The translations under genes and the position numbers were made by a program. The notes beneath the pieces were generated by a model. It saw only the letters and a list, made by a program, of their open reading frames with translations. It did not search any database and was not told the origin of the DNA. From Aureliella sp. (GTDB lineage: Bacteria; Planctomycetota; Planctomycetia; Pirellulales; Pirellulaceae), in assembly GCA_963691875.1 (NCBI GenBank), contig OY829846.1, forward strand, positions 3,872,001 through 3,936,000: 64,000 nucleotides of DNA, written 5' to 3'. The stretch's first letter is position 1. The number at the start of each line of letters is the position of its first letter. Positions 1 to 10,500 of the stretch are shown here, in pieces.

Positions 1-230
1 CGCCAATGCATAGCGACTTCTGGAGAATCCATATACTCCATCTGCATATATGCATCTTCGGTGAGCATCCACCAAGTAAGCCAAGCGTTCAACAAGAGCA
101 GCGGCAGACCAAACACAGCACTGGTCAACATGATCCGCCACCAATGCCGCTGCAGCACTAGCATGCTGAGGTCAAAAAGCTCGATGGCCGAGCGCTGCCG
201 GATGACAATCTCAGTCTTATCAAGCTGCAT
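1..230 (-). CDS. Conserved hypothetical membrane protein, 5' part only (runs off the window); third gene of the RDD-SpoIIM operon
   Basis: Manual translation from ATG at 230: MQLDKTEIVIRQRSAIELFDLSMLVLQRHWWRIMLTSAVFGLPLLLLNAW..., open to the window edge. Its start overlaps the SpoIIM stop. Not in the ORF track. Confidence 0.75.
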   Translation of the reverse strand, partial: MQLDKTEIVIRQRSAIELFDLSMLVLQRHWWRIMLTSAVFGLPLLLLNAWLTWWMLTEDAYMQMEYMDSPEVAMHW

Positions 231-1206
231 CCGAGTCCCCCGAGGGATAACCCAACACAACGAAATAGAACATCAGCAGAGTACTACTAAACATCCCCCA
301 CAGGACCTTGGCCAAGTACGGCAATGAACTCGGCGAGATCATCCCTTCGGTCATAGCTGCTAAGAAAAACAGCATCACAGAAGCAGCCATGACTGGGATT
401 GCCTCTTGAGCGCGGGCTTGCATTGAATCGAGTCGAGTCAGATTCCTGGGAATCAACCACCCGAGCCCGATCCTCAGACCTGCGGCCGCAGCCAGCGCTA
501 TGGCCGTCAACTCGAAAGGTCCATGAGCCGTGACGAACTCCAAGAAATTATCGCCCCCAGGCGTGCCTTCGCGAGCCATGTAACCGAACGTTGTTCCCAG
601 AAGGCAAGCGTTGAACCCGGTCGTCAGAAGCCCAGGGATAACAAGAGGCCCTAGCGCAAAACACTGCAAGCCAATACCAGTGTTGTGGTTTATGTAACCC
701 GAGACTGCGATTACATTCTCGCCCACCCCGCGCTCAAACTCGACTGCCTCGTACTGCTCTTCCATCATCTGCATCATGTCGGTACCCATAACTCTTTCAG
801 CAAAGCCTGGGTAAGCCTCTTCGTTGTATGCCAGATAACTGGAAAAAGCAAAGACGCCAAAAAACAAAATGGAACAGATATGAACGCATCGATCTGTAAA
901 AATCTGCCGCGGAGCCTGTCGGAACAGCACATCCCACCAAAGCTGTAACTGAAACCGTCTCGAACGATACAGTGCATTATGAGCTTTGCCAACAAGTCCA
1001 TGAAGATAATTGACCATCTCAGGCGAGAGCCGGTATTGATCCGCCATAGATAGATCTGCGCAGGCAGCTCGATACAGCGAACACACCTCGGCCAACCGCT
1101 TTCCTGGAATCCCACGCGTTCCACGTGCAGAGATCTCGCCGATCATTTGTTCTAAACGATTCCAGTCCGCTTGACGCTTGTGAATCGTTTCGGGCAAACC
1201 AACCAT
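220..1206 (-). CDS. Stage II sporulation protein M (SpoIIM/DUF95) family membrane protein
   Basis: LYRAACADLS, YINHNTGIGL, HGPFELTAI and AMTEGMISP motifs; several TM helices; follows the RDD gene. Confidence 0.88.
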   Translation of the reverse strand: MVGLPETIHKRQADWNRLEQMIGEISARGTRGIPGKRLAEVCSLYRAACADLSMADQYRLSPEMVNYLHGLVGKAHNALYRSRRFQLQLWWDVLFRQAPRQIFTDRCVHICSILFFGVFAFSSYLAYNEEAYPGFAERVMGTDMMQMMEEQYEAVEFERGVGENVIAVSGYINHNTGIGLQCFALGPLVIPGLLTTGFNACLLGTTFGYMAREGTPGGDNFLEFVTAHGPFELTAIALAAAAGLRIGLGWLIPRNLTRLDSMQARAQEAIPVMAASVMLFFLAAMTEGMISPSSLPYLAKVLWGMFSSTLLMFYFVVLGYPSGDSDAA

Positions 1207-1208
1207 CG

Positions 1209-2252
1209 CTAAGACTGCTCCTGATTGGGACTAGATCGATTCGTAGCACCTGGATCGGATGGTCGCTCAGCCGGGCTTGCGGCAACGGGCGCAGCCGGCG
1301 TTGTCGCCACGGGTGGGACACTGGCAGAAACCACAGGAACCTGAGTAGCCAACGGAGCAACTCCCGGTGAGCTTACCAGCAGACCGGGCGCGGGAGCTTG
1401 CTTCCGCATGAGCTGACGTCCTTGCTCACGCTGCTCCTCCGACATGTAAGTCCGGACGTACACCGCACATAGCAACAGATCAGGACTTGTATCTGGCAGT
1501 AAGCCAAAACGCTGAATCAAAGGACCGGCCAAGTGGCGAGCGACATCATTTCTTCGCATCGAAGTCAATCTTCGGCGATTCTCCATGTACAGCCCCACGG
1601 TCTGGGCCATCGAGCCGGTAGCCTTGTAATTCGCCGGAATTAACTCAGCCAGTCCATAAACTCGGGCATCCTCGGGTTTTAAATTCAAGGGCAGACGACC
1701 GCCCTGCTCCGAAACCACCATGGTGCCTGCCGCCAAATCCCCGATCCGTTGCATCCGCCTGGTCAGCATCATAGTCACAAGACCAACGCAGCAAACCGGA
1801 AGCTGCGCTCCTTCCCACTCGGATATGAAAACTCGCATGGGTATGAGTAAGCACATATCTGCCGAACGCAAGATGTTGCGCAGCGCAGCTTGCTCACCAT
1901 TTATCGGTCTGCCGTCAATGGAAATGGTTCGCAACTTAAAAACCATTTTGCCAACGGTGCGGCCGTTGAACTGGGTCTCAAAAAACGCACCGTAAAACCA
2001 GCTCATCAGGAAAAAGCTGATGATGAAGCCAACGACCAAGAAGGGCCCGAAGACTTGAGCAAGAAAAGGCGAGAGGCCGAAACCAATCGTCAGGACAAAG
2101 CCGAGTCCGAAGAAAACCGCAACGCGAATAAAAATATCTACCAGAAAAGCTGGAAACCGCTGAAAAGGACCTGCCAACGTATACTCAAATTCGATGTTCT
2201 CCGGCGTTTTCACACGCACGAAGCAGTCAAGTTTTTCCGCAGTCTGTTCCAT
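1209..2252 (-). CDS. RDD family protein
   Basis: TPENIEFEY..AGPFQRFPAFLVD, GRTVGKM, RNILR and QRIGDLAAGTMVV motifs. Confidence 0.9.
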   Translation of the reverse strand: MEQTAEKLDCFVRVKTPENIEFEYTLAGPFQRFPAFLVDIFIRVAVFFGLGFVLTIGFGLSPFLAQVFGPFLVVGFIISFFLMSWFYGAFFETQFNGRTVGKMVFKLRTISIDGRPINGEQAALRNILRSADMCLLIPMRVFISEWEGAQLPVCCVGLVTMMLTRRMQRIGDLAAGTMVVSEQGGRLPLNLKPEDARVYGLAELIPANYKATGSMAQTVGLYMENRRRLTSMRRNDVARHLAGPLIQRFGLLPDTSPDLLLCAVYVRTYMSEEQREQGRQLMRKQAPAPGLLVSSPGVAPLATQVPVVSASVPPVATTPAAPVAASPAERPSDPGATNRSSPNQEQS

Positions 2253-2389
2253 AAATCTTGCGATAACTCACGAGTCTAACTTTGAACTAGTTTAACAGCT
2301 AACCAAGGCGTCGAGTAGGCAATATGTGGGACAAAGCAGAAGACCAAAAGGGTGGACAATTCCTAAGCTGATCTCTTCATGCGAGGGTT

Positions 2390-3148
2390 TTAGCTTGGGT
2401 TGAGGGTCAACTTCATCAGAGGACCAAGAGTCGCCAGCGCACCAACGCCCTCTTCAAGCCCATCCAACAACTGCAGCCTCCAAGACTTAGGGTCCATCCA
2501 GGAGTTGAGCCGACAACTACCATCCTCTTCCAGGTGCAGCTGAAGGCTCGCGTCGATGGCACTTGGCCGAAAGCTCTCTCGGGGAATGGGAATTGGCAAT
2601 GAAGTTTTCTGAAGCCCCTCAGCGATTCCCAAACCCATCGCCTTGAGTAGAGCTTCTTTGCAGACCCAGAGCTGTAGTACGTGCTCATCGTGGTTTCTAG
2701 GTAACCAAGCCGCCCAACCGGACTCTTCCGACGCAGACACAACCTGGGAAATGATCGAACGATAATTCACTCTCGGGCGAAACAACTCGAGATCGATCCC
2801 CAATGGCATCGAACCAATCGCTATCAGTCCGCGACCTTCCGAGTGGCTTACGTTAAAATGCACGCGCTCTTTCGAGCTTAGCTGAAGCGTTCCTTTGGAA
2901 AGATACGGCTTGCCCCACTGCTCGTAGTCAAAGCGAATCTGCTGCGGCTCAAGCTCTAGGAATTCACCTAGCAAGATGCGGAGATGTGCTCGCGCGGCGA
3001 TATAGCGAGTTTGCAATTCCTCCGTCACAAAACGTGAAGCTCTCGCGCGTTCATTCGGTGCCAACAGTTCCTTCCAACGACCAACTTGCGTAGGCTCGAT
3101 ATCCAATCCAAACTGCCAAACACGGACCTCGCCAAAACCAAGTTGCAT
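2390..3148 (-). CDS. Sfp-type 4'-phosphopantetheinyl transferase
   Basis: GKPYL, FNVSHS, GIDLE and WVCKEALLKAMGLG motifs. Confidence 0.92.
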   Translation of the reverse strand: MQLGFGEVRVWQFGLDIEPTQVGRWKELLAPNERARASRFVTEELQTRYIAARAHLRILLGEFLELEPQQIRFDYEQWGKPYLSKGTLQLSSKERVHFNVSHSEGRGLIAIGSMPLGIDLELFRPRVNYRSIISQVVSASEESGWAAWLPRNHDEHVLQLWVCKEALLKAMGLGIAEGLQKTSLPIPIPRESFRPSAIDASLQLHLEEDGSCRLNSWMDPKSWRLQLLDGLEEGVGALATLGPLMKLTLNPS

Positions 3149-3262
3149 CTAAATGAATTACCTCAGGAACTCGCAGCTCATTTTGCGAACCAATACTTCT
3201 CGCTTAGCTAGCCTAAGAATAGTTGTGACGTTGACAAGTAGCTCGAAGCTCAACTTACGCCA

Positions 3263-4165
3263 ATGAGAAATGAACTTGAAAAAATCCTAAGATCAGCCAT
3301 CGGGGAACGAGTTAGGATTTCTCGAATGTCGCCCGTGTCGGGAGGTTGTATCGCCGACGCTCAGCACATTGTGCTTAACGACGGACAACAGTTTTTCGTG
3401 AAATCAATGCCGCCGACTAACCTTTCACAACGCGCGCTCGAAGCCGAAGCAATCGGACTTCGGGCAATTGCTCAAACGAACACGCTCTCTGTTCCCGAAG
3501 TGATTTTATGCAGCGGGGCAGGGGAGCGAGAGTTCTTGGTCCTTGAGTGGATCGAACAAGGACCGCAACCGCGCAACTTTTTCTCCGAGTTAGGTGCCGG
3601 CCTTGCATATCTGCACAAGTCGGATTCACCCGATCATGCAGGCGTCGGTTTTGGCTGGAAGCAAGATAATTTTCTCGGCAGTAACCTGCAGCCAAACCAA
3701 CCTACAACCGATTGGTGCCAGTTCTTTGCCGAACATCGACTCCGCTATCAGCTACAACTTGCCCAGGAGAAACAATCCGGGACACCCGAACTATACAATC
3801 AAGTCTCCTGGATCTGCGAACACCTCCATGTGCTCGTTGGCGAAATTCCAATTGAAGCAAGCTTGCTGCACGGGGATCTTTGGAACGGAAATTTCGTGTG
3901 CTCTAAAGAGGGAGCGCCTGTGATATTTGATCCGGCAACTTACCGAGGCCATCGCGAAGCGGACTTAGCAATGCCGCTCATCTTTGGCGGGTTCTCTGTG
4001 GAATTCTGGAAAGCCTATGAAGAAGTCTGGCCTCTCGAGCCGGGATTTGAAGAGCGTGTAGAACTGTACAAGCTGTATCACTACCTCAACCACCTAAATC
4101 TCTTCGGTACCGGCTACCTCGAAGACTGCCTCCGCATCTCGCGACGCTTCACGCCCTCCAACTAA
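3263..4165 (+). CDS. Fructosamine kinase family protein
   Basis: SGGCI, FFVK, LLHGDLWNGN, FDPA..GHREADLA and LYHYLNHLNLFG motifs. Confidence 0.93.
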   Translation: MRNELEKILRSAIGERVRISRMSPVSGGCIADAQHIVLNDGQQFFVKSMPPTNLSQRALEAEAIGLRAIAQTNTLSVPEVILCSGAGEREFLVLEWIEQGPQPRNFFSELGAGLAYLHKSDSPDHAGVGFGWKQDNFLGSNLQPNQPTTDWCQFFAEHRLRYQLQLAQEKQSGTPELYNQVSWICEHLHVLVGEIPIEASLLHGDLWNGNFVCSKEGAPVIFDPATYRGHREADLAMPLIFGGFSVEFWKAYEEVWPLEPGFEERVELYKLYHYLNHLNLFGTGYLEDCLRISRRFTPSN

Positions 4166-4542
4166 GCACTGACTGCAAATCCCTCGCACATCTCAAGAGT
4201 CGCGATGAGCTGCGGATGCGTGAATGGCTTCCCCAAGAACGCATCCATTCCAAATTCTCGGGCCGCCCTCCGAGTCTTTTCATCCATGAACCCGGACATA
4301 CCGACAATGAAAGGACGTTTCGCAAGTGACAATTTGCGAATACGTCGAGCCCCTTCCAATCCATTCATCTCCGGCATCGAGATGTCCATCAAGATAATGT
4401 CTGGCCCGAAAGTCTGCGTATTTTCGATGGCCTCCATGGCAGAACCGACGATTAAATACTTCTTACACAGATGCATCAGCATAGCTTCTGCCATGACGCG
4501 AATCGGATCTTTGTCGTCAACAAACAGGATCTTCGTCATCAT
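4162..4542 (-). CDS. Single-domain response regulator (receiver domain)
   Basis: ILFVDD, ILMDISMPEMNG (phospho-acceptor Asp), GKPF. Confidence 0.9.
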   Translation of the reverse strand: MMTKILFVDDKDPIRVMAEAMLMHLCKKYLIVGSAMEAIENTQTFGPDIILMDISMPEMNGLEGARRIRKLSLAKRPFIVGMSGFMDEKTRRAAREFGMDAFLGKPFTHPQLIATLEMCEGFAVSA

Positions 4543-4782
4543 TTCCCTTCTTTATTACGAATCAAAATCGCCCAACTGTTGATCTAAGGAGCCATTGTAA
4601 GGAGCGGTATGCACGGACAACAATACATTGGCGTCACGTCGCCAACTCACTTGGTTTACCGTTTACAGATACGACAGTTTCCAGTCGGAGTCTCACCAGC
4701 CAGTGACTACACTTAGGGCTGACGATTACAACCCACGGCACACACTAATGGCGATTGATGGCTCGGTGCAGGGATCAAAAAG

Positions 4783-5094
4783 ATGAAACAAGTCATTGCA
4801 GTTGTCCGCCCTTATTTAGCGGAACGTGTCATTGAAAACCTCAAGCTAGCACCGCTTGAAGCGTTAATGGTTCAAGAAGTAAAGGGACACGGGCGGCAAA
4901 AGAGCTACTTGGATGACTATCAAGACAGCGAATATGATCTCGCCTTTTTGCCGAAAGTCGAAATTACGATGTGGGTCGAGGATTTGAGAGTCGAAGAAGT
5001 GCTGCGTCGATTGACCGACGTCTCACGCAGCGGCCGCATGGGTGACGGCAAAGTCTTTGTCATGCCACTGGATGGTTTTGCCGTCAACGAATAG
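4783..5094 (+). CDS. P-II family signal transduction protein
   Basis: MKQVIAVVRP, EVKGHGRQK, FLPKVEI and SGRMGDGKVFV motifs. Confidence 0.9.
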   Translation: MKQVIAVVRPYLAERVIENLKLAPLEALMVQEVKGHGRQKSYLDDYQDSEYDLAFLPKVEITMWVEDLRVEEVLRRLTDVSRSGRMGDGKVFVMPLDGFAVNE

Positions 5095-5282
5095 CTCGTA
5101 TGCCTCGTCAACTGGCTTTTGTAAACCGCTCCCAACCCGACTTATAAAGACCGCTCTTTTCGGGAACTCGGCCAGATCACCCCGCGTCTTACTACCTTTG
5201 AAATGGTTGATCCAGTTGCAAACTGGCCTTTCTTTCATCAGTAAGTCAACATTCAAACCAATTTAGATATCAGGTCTATCAG

Positions 5283-6227
5283 ATGTGCTGCTTTACTCAA
5301 CCCGTTGAACGTGTCGGAAAAACTAGGATCTTTACCCGACTCACTGGCGAAGGATCTCAATTCATCGCGTATCAAATGGAGTACGAATCCAAAACCAAAA
5401 ACGCGATGATCTTGCCTATTCCGTCTGCCCCAAATCCCACCGAAAGGTTGGCTCGATTTCTTGACTTGAAAGACAACAACGGATTCTTCGATCAGTTACA
5501 TCGGGCGTTTCCGACACCTGTTCCGCCAGCTGGAAGCGACAGCATCGCAAGTTCACGTTCTGGAGCAGTCGCCAACAGTGTCAAGCTAGCTGTGAAGGAA
5601 GTTGGTGACTTCATCGCTTCCGTCGTTCCAACATTAGCTGACTTCTCGCGTTTGGATCCACAGTTCGTGATCGCGCCAGACGTCTGGAAGCAGATCCCAG
5701 AGTACGCCGACTACTCCTTCATCGTATTCCAACTTGAAAAGTTATCTGGCAAGCCCCACCCGATGGCTTTCGAATTCGAATCTCGGCTCAAGGAAGAACT
5801 CTTCTTCCCGACAGTCCACATCCACGACGGCGAAGTACACAAGAGGGAGCATTTTGACCACGAACTCTATTGCCAACACGCCGCGTTTGACGCCGTCGTC
5901 GGCAAATACACTCGCTCCACCGACAAGAAAACCGGCTTAGTTCGCTCCAAAGGACCAGCTGGAAACTACGTTAATGCCGAGAAGTCAAAGGGGCTGATCG
6001 AACCTAACTTGTTACTGCACCGGAAACGCATGCGAGGCAATTTGACAAACAGGGACGTGCGGGTTCGAGCAACAGGCGATCCACTGAAAATCAGTGCAAT
6101 CTCCAATCCTTCTCGTTGGTGGACCGTCGGAGGATTGCTTGGGGCATCCATGCTACCACTTGGGTGGGTCATCCGCCGCAGGCAGTTTCTCGCAAAGAAT
6201 TCTGTCGAAACCCCAGAAACCAAGTAA
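5283..6227 (+). CDS. Uncharacterised protein (possibly DUF2330-like) with a C-terminal membrane anchor
   Basis: 314-aa ORF with NAMILPIP, HPMAFEF and PTVHIHDG blocks; C-terminal hydrophobic helix followed by RRR. Confidence 0.6.
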   Translation: MCCFTQPVERVGKTRIFTRLTGEGSQFIAYQMEYESKTKNAMILPIPSAPNPTERLARFLDLKDNNGFFDQLHRAFPTPVPPAGSDSIASSRSGAVANSVKLAVKEVGDFIASVVPTLADFSRLDPQFVIAPDVWKQIPEYADYSFIVFQLEKLSGKPHPMAFEFESRLKEELFFPTVHIHDGEVHKREHFDHELYCQHAAFDAVVGKYTRSTDKKTGLVRSKGPAGNYVNAEKSKGLIEPNLLLHRKRMRGNLTNRDVRVRATGDPLKISAISNPSRWWTVGGLLGASMLPLGWVIRRRQFLAKNSVETPETK

Positions 6228-6237
6228 GCTTCGCAGT

Positions 6238-6293
6238 GTAGAAGGAGTCGTCAAGATATCAGCCCTGAGAAGATTCTTGACACACTCCGCGTC
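6238..6293. repeat. Degenerate inverted pair of REP-like elements (GTAG...GTCGTCAAGA family)
   Basis: gtagaaggagtcgtcaagatatc and inverted gattcttgacacactccgcgtc between convergent genes; similar to copies at 46933 and 47065. Confidence 0.5.
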
Positions 6294-6310
6294 TGACTCA
6301 TACTCATGCA

Positions 6311-7336
6311 TCAAAGCCCGGGCGAAGCACCAGGCACCGCGGCGACCGATCCAGCCCGCTGATTTTCGTAAATCGAAAACTCGGCCCAAATTGGCAAGTG
6401 GTCGGAAATCCGAAGAGCGTCTTCTTGGTTAATCCCAAACGCAGATTCTAAGTCCAGGATGCCACTACGACCACTGAACTCCGTTGTCGCATACTGGTTA
6501 ATAACAAAGTTATCGTATGTCTTATCTTTACGCGTATTGGTTGGAACGTTCACCAAGGAAACCAAAGCTGGATCTTTCTCCAAGCCTTGGAGCTTTCCCG
6601 GACGCGCGTTGAGATCACCAAGCAACAAGATATCATCCTCAGGATACTCGTATCGCCGCACACTGTCATAAACAAACGCCAGCGCATTCAGCTCCTGCAT
6701 TGTTTCCTCTGGATCCGTGTGAACGTTGATCAGCAGGAATCGAAACGGCTGCTGAGAAGTCGCTACTTGGAACCGTCCGACAAACGGTTCGCGATGCATT
6801 AGATCACTTTCATCTGTCACGACGTAGGTATACTTCTGGCCTGCATGAATCCTGCTGGTATCCCACAGGAACACGTATTGCTCAGCATTTTTCGTACGAC
6901 CAATTCTTGGGCTTATAGAGAATTCGTACCGAGCTCCATTTTGATTCACCCATTCCAGTAGTTTGGGTACGGCATTCTGCTCTTTGGAAGTCACTTCCTG
7001 CAACGCAATCACGTCAAAGCAGCGAATCACTTCACTAAACCGTTGCATTACCCATTTGTCCTTTAATTTGGTGGGCCCGAACTGCTTCATGTTGAAGCTG
7101 CCAACCAAAATTGTCTTCTCGGTCCTAGCAGGAATTGCACTTTCATTAATCTGAGCCTCGGCCTGCTGGACATCGGTTGCAGTTTGATGCTGCAACCACT
7201 GAGGTATTGCGTCAGAATTGCACCCTAAGTAACCACCGGTTCCCAGGAGTGATATAACCGCCATTGGATAGAACGGCAGTTTGCTGAACTTCCAACGCGG
7301 AAAGAAGCTCCTTGATCGGCGGCGTCGACGAGCCAT
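6311..7336 (-). CDS. Endonuclease/exonuclease/phosphatase family protein (DNase I-like), probably membrane-anchored or secreted
   Basis: SFNMKQFG, DVIALQEV, EQYVFLWD, REPF, LLGDLNA, YDN and ISDHLPIWAEF motifs; basic N-terminus plus hydrophobic helix. Confidence 0.9.
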   Translation of the reverse strand: MARRRRRSRSFFPRWKFSKLPFYPMAVISLLGTGGYLGCNSDAIPQWLQHQTATDVQQAEAQINESAIPARTEKTILVGSFNMKQFGPTKLKDKWVMQRFSEVIRCFDVIALQEVTSKEQNAVPKLLEWVNQNGARYEFSISPRIGRTKNAEQYVFLWDTSRIHAGQKYTYVVTDESDLMHREPFVGRFQVATSQQPFRFLLINVHTDPEETMQELNALAFVYDSVRRYEYPEDDILLLGDLNARPGKLQGLEKDPALVSLVNVPTNTRKDKTYDNFVINQYATTEFSGRSGILDLESAFGINQEDALRISDHLPIWAEFSIYENQRAGSVAAVPGASPGL

Positions 7337-7567
7337 TCCAAAGCCTCCTTGCTTCAGGAATGTTTTGAGTGCGGACGAGAGTTGCTAGCGATTTCGTTTT
7401 CACCAAGTGTTCGAAGAGCATTCAAGGCTCAACGATTTCAGTCTTAAGTCGAAAATCGCTCATAACGACCCGAAGCGTGAGCTAAGAACAACTAACTCTC
7501 CAAGCGGAACCGATACGAAAAAACGATACTCGACCGCAATATCAAATCCGGTTGCTCCTCCTATTGC

Positions 7568-10500
7568 ATGCAAAAGGCATCTGTTGACTCAACCCACCTC
7601 TTCCACCTATCCAGAACCACTCTCATTTCAGTGGATCAATGCATAGACGGACCAAGTGCCTTGTCATTTACTGTTTGCAAACTCGAACGACGCTGTCGCA
7701 TCGATCACTTTACTCGGCTGAAAGAATGGTTGCCGGATGTTTTCGTATCTCAGTTCGCCTTCATTCTGGTTTTCCTCCTGGCTTGCGGCTTCACCTGCCC
7801 CTTCGCCAACGCACAGTTCGCACCGCGCACCGAATCGAAAGTCTTTCGAGCCCCAAGCACTTCAATTTCTACCACGGATTCATCGTCCTTACAAAATGCA
7901 ATCGTCAGGCACTGCCAACCCGATGCTGCGCTGCGCTGCGTGACTATCGTCGCACCACGGCGGCTCTGTGCCCTGGGCGATAGCGGTGCGATCTTAATCT
8001 CTGAAGACCAAGGCGAAACTTGGAAGCCAGCCGAGTGCCCGACCTACTTCAATCTGCGGGCAGTCGGGTTCATTGACGAGAATTTTGGGATCGCCGTTGG
8101 CGGCAGCGTTGGTAGCTACAGCGGAATCAGCCGCGGAGTGCTGCTGCAAACTAGCGACGGTGGCAGCACATGGAGAACGATCGCAAATGATCTTCCCAAT
8201 TTGCATGGAATAGCCGTTCTTAATAGCCAGCTGATAGCATGGGGCGACTTCGATCCGAGAAGGCAAACCGGCGTCTATCGCTCGGCAGACTTGGGAGCAA
8301 CCTGGCAAGGCCTGGATACCGGACTCGGTGCTGTCACGCATGCTAAAATCGTGAACGAACAGTTCTTTTTCGCGACAAACGATAAAAATCAAGCCGTCGT
8401 TTTGGATCTTATTCAAAACAAAAAAAGGACCTTCCAACTACCTGATTCAAGCGGCCCACTTCAACTTCATTTCACAGGCAGACAGTGGCTGTGCCTTGGA
8501 CCGGGCGGACAACTTTACTCCAGCCCCGACGTAGAAAACTGGACACCTGTCTCATTGCCGCTCTCGGCAAGTGCACGATCGCTGTGTCAGTGGAGCGTCC
8601 TCCATCAGCAAGGCGATACGATTTGGGTTGGCGGCTTTCCCGGTTCAACCATTGCTCGAAGTGGCGATCGAGGTTTGACTTGGCAACTAATCAAAACGGA
8701 ATCGGGCATTCCCCACCACTGTTTCGCCTTTCAAGACGAGCTTCGTGGTTGGGCCTGCGGTCCGTTTGGACGAATTCTCCAAACGCAGGATGGTGGTCTT
8801 ACATGGAAACGACAGCACGGTACGTCCCAAGCTGGACTGCTCGCGTTTCAGCACCAGTTGGCTTGGCCAGCTCTGGTCGCTTCGGTGTGGGAACATCGCT
8901 TGCCAACAGTCGCGTTACTTGACGAACAAACCGATGGGGCGACACCTAACGCCGCTTCAATTCAACTCGATTACGCAAATCGGATTGGCATCCACACGCG
9001 GTCGCCTCAAGCCAAGCAGACGCTGCCGCACTGGCTTGTGCAGATTGCGGCATGGCAGCCAGCGATCTTGCTCTGCGACTCACCACAACAGGCAAACCAA
9101 CTCGCTACCTTGCAAGCCACCGTTTCGGAAAGCTTGAACATTCACGACCACGAAAAGCAGTCGTCAGAACTGCTTCGCGAATTGGGACTGAACTACACAC
9201 TTGCCCGTGAAGCTGTTCAGAAGGTTGTCTGGTGCGACGCGAAGGATGATAGCAACTACAACATCGAGTCCAGCTTTCTCCTCAAGGATTTCGGTCTAGC
9301 AGTCTGGGACATTCTAAGCGGGTTATCTCCACTGCACAGTAACTCAGCCACAGCTTCGAGCATGCAGACCCTTTGGAGTCGCAGTCACAATCGCTCGGCC
9401 AGAGACCAGCTTACGGGTGCGATGGCGCTAGAGCCAAGTCGATTCCTTACTAGCCCTCGTGGGCAGCTTGGCAACTACCAGCTGATCATGGGGCGAGTGC
9501 ATCGACAAAGCTCTTTTGCGCAGCTAGCTCACCAAACAACGTCCATAAAACAATGGAGCAACGACTTAGCGTTTCTGACCCGCAGCCTACCAAAGCATGA
9601 AGTTGCACCTCAGCTATGGACGCTCTACCGCCAGCTCGGAGACCAATACGCTTTCGAAAGAAAGATGGCGGTGCTGACGACACTCATCGATGGCCAGCCG
9701 CGATCTGACGCCGCGGCATGGGCCATGCTTCGCTGGCTGCGTAGCCAAGGTTCCCAAGAACTCGCTATCCTGAAGAGGACAGCTTCCAAGCTTGACGACG
9801 ACAAGGTTGTTACAGCAGTGGGTGGTGTGCCTGACAATGATGCTGGTATTTCAAAACTGGGTGAATCGCCATGGAACGCATCTCCCTTTGGCAAAACAAC
9901 TAACAGCGACACGAACTCTATTCCGATTGAGAATGCAGGCGCAGGGGTAATTTCCGCTTCGACCATCACATCCACGACCGGACAGCAACCCAATCTGAAT
10001 CTGTGGTTCTCCAAGCTGGGGCAGTTTGCTCAGTTTGAACCCCGCTTGCTACAACGGGCCGACGTACAACTCCTGAGCTTTGCCCGCTCGAGGTTCTTGC
10101 ACTCCGGTGCGAGTGCGGACCTCTCGCGTCTGGAGCAACTTTTGGCCCGTAAGGAACAATCGCTGTGGCGTGAGTTAGCCCTACAAGAGACGCGTATTCA
10201 CAAGGGACTTTGGGAACAGCTTGATCAGATCTGTAAGATTCGACCGACATCTGAACGCCCGTTTCTAGATGGAGAACTAACTGATGTTCTTTGGCAAAAC
10301 GCGGCCCTCACGAAGTTAGACGGAACAAAACCCTCGGACTCTCCAGCAACCACGATCCGCTGGGCGTACGACACTGACTACTTGTATTTGGCAGTCAGTA
10401 CCCCAAGCTCAGCGGTGCAACAACAGGCACCGCTGGCGACCACTCGGAAGCACGATGCAGACCTAAGTTCCATGCAACGCGTTGAGATCAAGCTTGATAC

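Noticed and set aside
2390..3148. Sfp PPTase as a marker of an NRPS/PKS cluster
   Set aside because: No carrier-protein, ketosynthase or adenylation genes in the window.
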